The translations under genes and the position numbers were made by a program. From positions 80,476,001-80,540,000 of the forward strand of contig OX597825.1 of assembly GCA_951406725.2 (NCBI GenBank): DNA of 64,000 nucleotides, read 5' to 3'. This document shows, piece by piece, positions 56,844-64,000 of this stretch; the stretch's first letter is position 1; every line of letters begins with the position of its first letter. The notes below the pieces were generated by a model. The model was not told the origin of the DNA. It saw only the letters and a program-made list of their open reading frames with translations, and made no database searches. Source of the stretch: Octopus vulgaris (taxonomy: Eukaryota).

Positions 56844-56912
<69 letters not shown>

Positions 56913-57015
56913 CACCACCACCACCATTACTAACAACAACAACAACAACAACAACAACAATAACGACATCGAAAAATACCTTAGGAATGAGAACCCAGGT
57001 TCGAAATTTCCCCAA

Positions 57016-57061
57016 GACACCCGATGAAGGCTGGAGGGTACATCAGCCGAAACGTTGTATT
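57016..57061 (+). ncRNA. Minimal type I hammerhead motif with mutated core (CCGATGA)
   Basis: GACAC-CCGATGA-A-GGCTG..CAGCC-GAAAC-GTT|GTATT; stem II is perfect. Confidence 0.6.
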
Positions 57062-58148
57062 AACAACAAACAAGATAAGGACAAATATCCGTCAAATGTA
57101 AATAATGTACATATTTCCTCGTAAATATAGAACTGTATTAATTTGAAGTCACCGTGTTGAAAATAGAAGCTTCGAGAAATTTGCAATCATCAATGATATC
57201 CTTTAGTGGAGGTGATTAAATAATCTAACGAAATACTTCAATAAGTCAAGAACCATTTGGAAGTTCTAAGACCAATGTTGAAGGTTATTTTTCAGGTGGA
57301 ACTTATGGATCCAGACTACCTTATCCTTTGATATATCAAATCAAAGACAACGATCCACCAAAGTACGATTTCACGAAATTCCAAGAAAAAAATCTTGTTT
57401 GGATGTGAACAGTTCCAAATTTACCATAGTTTGTCTTCGAGGGCAGCGAATATTTTTAGTTTCCCTTATAACTACAGTTCTCCACGTAACACGATTTTCT
57501 ACATTATTCGATCTGAAATCAAAGTGGAAAAATCGATTATCGTCTGCAATCTATTTCTCCACCTTTTGGCAATAACCGTATGAACAACAATAATCCTGTT
57601 TTTTATATTTTAATTGCACAAAATCTCAGCACAAAACAATTTCTGTAGAGTTATGAAGAATCAGTGTTATACAGAATAGTGAAGAATGCTTAAAAAATTG
57701 CTCGTTTCGTTCTTTTCTTGTAATTCCTTTATAAGAATTAAAAGCATTCATTTATTTTCTGGAATCAATGAAACCGAAGTTCTGCTGTGAAATAATTGTC
57801 GCTTGCTTGTACGCCTCTCATTTTCTGTTTGTTTTTTCTAAAAATAAATGACAAAAACCTTCAGATTCTTTTCTCTTTTTTGTTTTGTTCTGTTGAGTGG
57901 TCATCCATAAATAAAATATAACCAAGTTCCTGACATTTTTTTGAAGTTATTCTGGTGCCTAATAGAACTGGTCTTCATGATGATAACTGCGACGGTCTTG
58001 CGAGATGAGTGGGACGACAAAGTGCCCCCCCCCGTGTGTGTGTGCGTTTCCCCCACCCCCACTGCTTGACAAACGGTGATGGAGCATTTACGTCTCCGTA
58101 ATTTAGTGGTCCGGCAAAAGTGACCGACGAAATAAGTACTAGGCTTAA

Positions 58149-58179
<31 letters not shown>

Positions 58180-59274
58180 GTATTGGGGTCGATTCATTCG
58201 ACTAAAAATTCTTCTCGGTGGTGCCCCAGCTTGGCCGCAGTCTAATGACTGAAAGAAGATAAAAAAATAAAAAAGATACACTTAGTTGCAGCTAAAGTAA
58301 AAACTAAAAATGGATCTCAGTCAAAATTTACGAGTATCAGTTACAATTGTTTCATCAACCGAATGATCAAATTATTTGAATTATCGTGTAGGTGACTGAG
58401 TATTCCGCAGACACGTGTCTCCTTAACGTGATTCTCGGGTGAAAACGAGCCTGACACAGTGTGTGGTAAGACTAGATCTTTAAATTACGGATACAATCCA
58501 TTGGACGCGATTCTGCACAGTTTCCATCCACCCGGATTCACTCCCGAAACTCGGGCTGACGCGATGGTACGCTAAAATACAAGATGGAACCCTCGGCTTT
58601 CTGAGGAGCGAACTTTTTAACCATTCAGCCATACTGCGCCTACTTCTCCCGCCCTCTCCCCCTCTCTCTTTCTCCTTTTCTCTCTGTGTCCCCTGTACCC
58701 CTTTTCTCCCCTGTCCCTCCCTCTCTTCCTCGTTCTCCCCTCTTTTTCTTCCCCCCTCTCTCTCTTCATGAGCTATGCTTATTATTTCCAGGCGGCGACC
58801 ATCATGGATCTCCACACCGAAGTCTGATTGTTCATACAATCATAAAGCAATCGTTTCCCATTGTCCTTTGCTGGTTTATTTACAGTTTACCCTGCTAATC
58901 TCCTATCTTCTAAAGTTTACCCTTGAAGCACTGTGTCTATATGACCTTTAGACAGGGGGTATTGGTTCACATGACATCAAGACATGTCCACACGTTGGTT
59001 GGTCTGTGTGATTGGAGTCTAGGGAGCAGGCTTCCTTGATTTTTGCATGTCTTAGCCACAGGACCAACTTCTGTTATTTGACCCAAAACAAGGGCTTAAG
59101 CAAAGCTTGAAGCAGAAAGATTATGGTCTACTTAACCGAGATAAAAATAAACCCGCTAGATTTTTGGTGAGTTTTCGCTAATCTAGTCGAAAATATATTT
59201 GACAAAATACAAATCCTTTTTGGTGACATCGATTAAATTAGTTGAGTATAAATGACGTATCTCCTTCTCCACAT

Positions 59275-60090
59275 AATCCCTTTGTCTGTCCTTGTTTGTC
59301 CTCTCTATGTTTAGCCCCTTGTGGGCAATAATGAAATAAGAAACATTAGCACGCCGGGCAAGATGCTTAGCGGTATTTCGTCTGCCGTTACGTTCTGAGT
59401 TCAAATTCCGCCGAGGTCGACTTTGCCTTTCATCCTTTCCGGGTCGATTAAATTAAGTACCAGTTACGCACTGGGGTCGATATAATCGACTTAATCCCTT
59501 TGTCTGTCTTTGTTTGTCCTCTCTGTGTTTAGCCCCTTGTGGGTAGTAAAGAAATAGGTATTTTGTCTGTCTTTACGTTCTGAGTTCAAATTCCGCCGAG
59601 GTCGACTTTGCCTTTCATCCTTTCCGGGTCGATTAAATAAGTACCAGTTACGCACTGGGGTCGATATAATCGACTTAATCTGTTTGTCTGTCCTTGTTTG
59701 ACCTCTCTGTGTTTAGCCCCTAGTGGGTAGTAAAGAAATAGGTATTTCGTCTGCCGCTACGTTCTGAGTTCAAATTCCGCCGAGGTCGACTTTGCCTTTC
59801 ATCTTTTCGGCGTCGATTAAATAAGTACCAGTTACGCACTGGGGTCGATATAATCGACTTAATCTGTTTGTCTGTCCTTGTTTGTCCTCTCTGTGTTTAG
59901 CCCCCAGAGGGTAGTAAAGAAATAGGTATTTCGTCTGCCGTTACGTTCTGAGTTCAAATTCCGCCGAAGTCGACTTTGCCTTTCATCCTTTCCGGGTCGA
60001 TAAATTAAGTACCAGTTGCGTACTGGGGTCGATCTAATCGACTGGCTCTCCCTCCCTCCCAAAATGTCAGGCCTTGTGCCTAGAGTGAAA
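59275..60090 (+). mobile_element. Tandem multimer of a tRNA-derived SINE (184-185-bp unit, about 4 copies)
   Basis: Unit starts at 59373, 59558, 59742 and 59926; B-box gagttcaaattcc and a GCCTTTCATCCTT..GGTCGAT..AAGTACCAG (Meta-like) core. Confidence 0.9.
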
Positions 60091-60199
60091 AAAAACCCCT
60101 GATGAACGAAAGTTTGCAATACACGCTAGGGTTTTATAAAATAAATTATCTTTCTCATATTTCCTTCTCCACATAAATACACAAAGATAAAAGTCAACT

Positions 60200-60440
60200 A
60201 TGGAAAGGTGTTGTCCCACACCGGCGTTTGTTTCCACGCTTCTAAAGATGCCCAGGTGCTCCCTATCTCTTGATTACACTCAATTTGGTGTTTACACTCC
60301 TTGTGCGCATGCGCAGCATCTTTGGTTACTATGGAAACAGAGTTCTTCGCAATCAGCTATGGAACACGTGGTGCTTCTTTGCTTAATATGCTAACAGAAC
60401 TTCACTGTGATGTGTAACATGCTCGCTTCTGATTGGCTAA
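60200..60440. promoter_or_regulatory. Candidate promoter or enhancer (NRF1, RFX X-box, E-box, CCAAT)
   Basis: TGCGCATGCGCA 60304-15, GTTACTATGGAAAC 60325-38, CACGTG 60365-70, ATTGG 60432-36. Confidence 0.55.
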
Positions 60441-60605
60441 AATACCCAAAATTTGCAAGCTTTAAAGGCTAATAACTTTTTAATCATGAATTTATAGGGA
60501 AAATGAATTTCATTTTCAGGATTAGTATACAAAACTTAATCAATATACCAAATTTGAAAATTATTGGAACAAAACTGTAGACAGTGACAACGACCACAAA
60601 GATCC

Positions 60606-61010
60606 GTGTGTGTATGAGAGTGTATGTATGTGTATGTATGTTTGCGTATGTGCGTGTGTGTGTGTTTGTGTGCGTACATGTGTACGTGTGTATGATTGTG
60701 TGTGTGTGTGTGTATGATTGTGTGTGTGTGTGTATGATTGTGTGTGTGTGTGTGTGTGTGTGTGTATGAACGTGTATGTATGTATGTATGTATGTATGTA
60801 TGTATGTGTGTGTATGTGTGCGTATGTGTGAGTGTATTTGTGTGCGTACATGTGTATGTGTGCATGTATGTATGTTTGTGTGTGTATGAGAGTGTATGTA
60901 TGTGTGTGTATGTGTGCGTATGTGCGTGTATGTGTGTTTGCATGCGTACATGTGTATGTGTGTATGATTGTATGTGTGTGTGTGTGAGTGTGTGTGTGTG
61001 TCTGTGTGTC
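60606..61010. repeat. (TG)n/(TATG)n microsatellite
   Basis: Direct reading. Confidence 0.95.
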
Positions 61011-61567
61011 TGCGTAGTACTATTTGCTCAGGTGTACACGACAGCAGTAGCTGCCCCAGTTTGCCTTGGGTACAACTAGGTCACTCATATCAAACTTACT
61101 TCGTTTGATTAAGTTCTTCTCAAGAATTTAGAGACCCTCCCTTTGTTCTGCTTGGGTAAACCAAGCGAATGGGGTCACCTTGCGCGAATGTCCAGGCACA
61201 CGATACGGCCTGTTTGTTTGTTTGTTTGTTTGCTGAAACTTTTGCGAAGTTATTGGAAAAGGAAATAAAGAGACTGTCTTCCCCCACCCCCACCCCAACT
61301 GTCGAGTTGTTGTTGTTGCTGTTGTTCTTGTTCCTGCTGCTGTTACTGTTGCTGCTGCTGCAGATATTTCTGTTGTTTTGTTGTAAATTTCACGCTCGGT
61401 TAGAGTTTGTAAACAATATGGTTCAGTGAGTAAAAAAAAAGACAGATAGAGAGAGAGAGAGAGGGAGAGAGAGAGGGAGAGAGAGAGGGAGAGAGAGAGG
61501 GAGAGAGAGAGAGAGAAAGAGAGAAAGGGAGAAAGATAGATGGATGGATGTGTGTGTGTGTGTGTGA

Positions 61568-61984
61568 GTGGCTGTGTGGTAAGTAGCTTGCTAACCAACC
61601 ACATGGTTCCGGGTTCAGTCCCACTGCGTGGCATCTTGGGCAAGTGTCTTCTGCTATAGCCCCGGGCCGACCAATGCCTTGTGAGTGGATTTGGTAGACG
61701 GAAACTGAAAGAAGCCTGTCGCATATATGTATATATATATATGTATGTGTGTGTATATGTTTGTGTGTGTATATGTTTGTGTGTCTGTGTTTGTCCCCCT
61801 AGCATTGCTTGACAACCGATGCCAGTGTGTTTATGTCCTCGTCACTTAGCGGTTCGGCAAATTAGACCGATAGAATAAGTACTGGGCTTACAAAGAATAA
61901 GTCCTGGGGTCGAGTTGCTCGATTAAAGGCGGTGCTCCAGCATGGCCGCAGTCAAATGACTGAAACAAGTAAAAGAGTAAAAGA
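61568..61984 (+). mobile_element. Full-length GTGGCTGTGTGGTAAG tRNA-SINE; others at about 7550(-), 12580, 16810, 43000, 50410(-), 55348(-) and 58040
   Basis: A/B boxes, CTTGGGCAAGTGTC core, internal TA/TG tract, AAAAGAGT tail. Confidence 0.9.
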
Positions 61985-62026
61985 TATATATATATATATA
62001 TATATATACATACATATACTAGTATA

Positions 62027-62673
62027 CTAGCGTGTGGCATTTATGTATAGTATGCCCTCTATATAATATAAATAAAAATATATTTAAGTGAAAAAATTGG
62101 CGGAATTTTTTCTCTTATGAGGTTTTTTCACGCTAACTACTTGACAAATTCTTTTAAAGATTTTATCCTATTTTTAAATTGTAAATTTAACCGGAGTATA
62201 TTTAGTACTGAATTTTTATTCCGAATAAGGACGTTGTTGCCGAAATGCAATTCGAAAAAGCCCACCATTTACATAGATGTGTAAAGGGTGAACAGTTCTA
62301 TATGCTACGTTGGATACATTGGTTGTTCGTCTGGTATGTTGATTTTGTTCATTCGTTATAAATCTTGAATTATGCTTGCACTGAGGATTAAAAAGTGCAT
62401 TACTGCACTAATTATGAAATCACGGTGATATGCAGCTAAATTCTGTTTTTAAATGACTTGCTTCGAGAGTTGAATTCGGTACGATATGTTTATTTATTTT
62501 GGTAGTTTTGACTTTAAGAGTCCCTCCTAGCGTGTGATATTTATGTATAGTAATGCCCTCTATATAATGTATATAAATATATTTAAATTGGTGAATTTTT
62601 TCTCTTATGAGGTTTTTTCACGCTAACTACTTGATAAATTCTTATAAAGATTTTATCCTATTTTTAAATTGTA
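62027..62673 (+). mobile_element. Retrozyme-like or Penelope pLTR-like partial tandem (500-bp period, about 1.3 units) carrying an HHR
   Basis: Direct repeats at 62027-62183 and 62527-62673 flank about 345 bp of non-coding DNA containing the HHR; TA-rich flanks. Confidence 0.6.
62374..62436 (+). ncRNA. Type I hammerhead ribozyme, complete core
   Basis: TGCA-CTGAGGA-[stem II AGTGCA/ttac/TGCACT]-GAAA-[stem III ATCA/cgg/TGAT]-A|TGCA; NUH triplet AUA, predicted cleavage after 62430. Confidence 0.75.
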
Positions 62674-62729
62674 GTGGCTAGCGATCTATCATGGCGAATT
62701 TGAACTATATATATGTATTAATATATATT

Positions 62730-62939
62730 ACTCTTTTACTCTTTTACTTGTTTCAGTCATTTGACTGCGGCCATGCTGGAGCACCGCCTTTAGTCGAGCA
62801 AATCGACCCCGGGACTTATTCTTTGTAAGCCCAGTATTTATTCTATCAGTCTCTTTTGCCGAACCGCTAAGTGACGGGGACGTAAACACACCAGCATCGG
62901 TTGTCGAGCAATGCTAGGGGGACAAACACAGACACACAA

Positions 62940-63005
<66 letters not shown>

Positions 63006-63152
63006 GACAGGCTTCTTTCAGTTTCCGTCTACCAAATCCACTCACAAGGGGCTATAGCAGAAGACACTTGCCCAAGATGCCACGCAGTGGGACTGAACCC
63101 GGAACCATGTGGTTGGTTATCAAGCTACTTACCATACAGCCACTCCCGCGCC
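62730..63152 (-). mobile_element. Same SINE family, inverted relative to 61568-61984
   Basis: High-identity reverse complement of the 61.6-kb copy. Confidence 0.9.
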
Positions 63153-63154
63153 TA

Positions 63155-63225
<71 letters not shown>

Positions 63226-63394
63226 TATGTTATATAAAAGGGCTTAGTAATATAAATTACTTTGCCACATATGCCCCCTTTTATATAATGTAATATTTTG
63301 AATTCGCCTTAAATGGTCCTTTTACATACTGAATACTTGGTGAAATTGATTAATAACTAATTAATTTTACCCTCAATTGAAAATATATATTGAA

Positions 63395-63493
<99 letters not shown>

Positions 63494-63504
63494 AAATTTC
63501 CAGA

Positions 63505-63700
63505 AAATAAAAGACGAAGACAGGTGTAGGAACAACAGGCAGGTGTTTTAGTTTAACGCTCGAGAAGAATGGAAAGGTCTTTTTACGTTTCGAGCCTACG
63601 TTCTTCGTCAGGAAGGATTAAGAGGAAAAAAAGGGAGAGAGAATGAAAAAAGAAAGAAAAAACGGAGAGAGAAAAATGTGTAGGGATTAACGGTTCAACA
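63505..63700 (-). mobile_element. Short repeat with minimal HHR motif (63579-63615)
   Basis: Minus strand CTTC-CTGACGA-A-GAAC/gtag/GCTC-GAAAC-GTA|AAAAG. Confidence 0.6.
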
Positions 63701-64000
63701 TGATGAAATAGCGAGAAGAAAGAGGCTGAATTAGATAAATATATCAAAATAAAATGACAGGCTCCGATGAAGCTATTAAGTGTTACTCAGTCACTTAACT
63801 CCGAGTCCATTGCATCTAATTGCAGAAACAGCCGTAAGCTAATGAAGTTATTTTTTTGTCATATCATTTTCTTGTTTTTCTCGTTTTGTTGTTTTTATAG
63901 TGCGAATGACCTAAGTGTATCTAGGCGTCAGTTTACTCTGATTAAATAATGTCTCATTTGTGTTTTATGAATATTGTTGACGTGTTGCACTTTTCCGTCA

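Larger units (their letters stand above)
56630..57135. mobile_element. Foldback element with inverted HHR-bearing arms, central trinucleotide repeats and 12-bp TSD
   Basis: Inverted arms of about 150 bp; TATTAATTTGAA duplicated at 56618-56629 and 57136-57147. Confidence 0.8.

Noticed and set aside
59275-60090. CRISPR-like or tRNA gene array
   Set aside because: Units are near-identical SINE fragments with no unique spacers and no full cloverleaf; eukaryotic context.

Overview
AT-rich, intron- and repeat-dominated eukaryotic DNA. The SINE families, long (TA/TG)n tracts and RTE LINEs suggest a cephalopod (Octopus-like) genome; this is inference only. Most ORFs in the supplied track are microsatellite or SINE artefacts. 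One spliced + strand protein-coding gene can be rebuilt by hand with consistent splice phases (30250-30318, 32517-32712, 35351-35451, 38691-39302; about 325 aa). It has a BEN-like domain, an S/T/N/Q-rich linker and a C-terminal CxxC...CxxGH zinc knuckle. It also has a tandem-duplicated upstream exon abutting a mariner insertion and a candidate stop-containing exon. The rest is decayed TEs: RTE and CR1-like LINEs, Gypsy pol, a Penelope-like remnant, mariner, Tc1 and piggyBac remnants, MITEs, and many SINEs. The most striking unannotated signal is a set of short non-coding elements from several unrelated families that carry type I hammerhead ribozyme (HHR) folds. One is a 500-bp-period partial tandem with a complete HHR (62027-62673, retrozyme-like). 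Several others are foldback elements, one with a 12-bp TSD. All folds were derived by eye; no database search or folding program was run, and TE boundaries are approximate.
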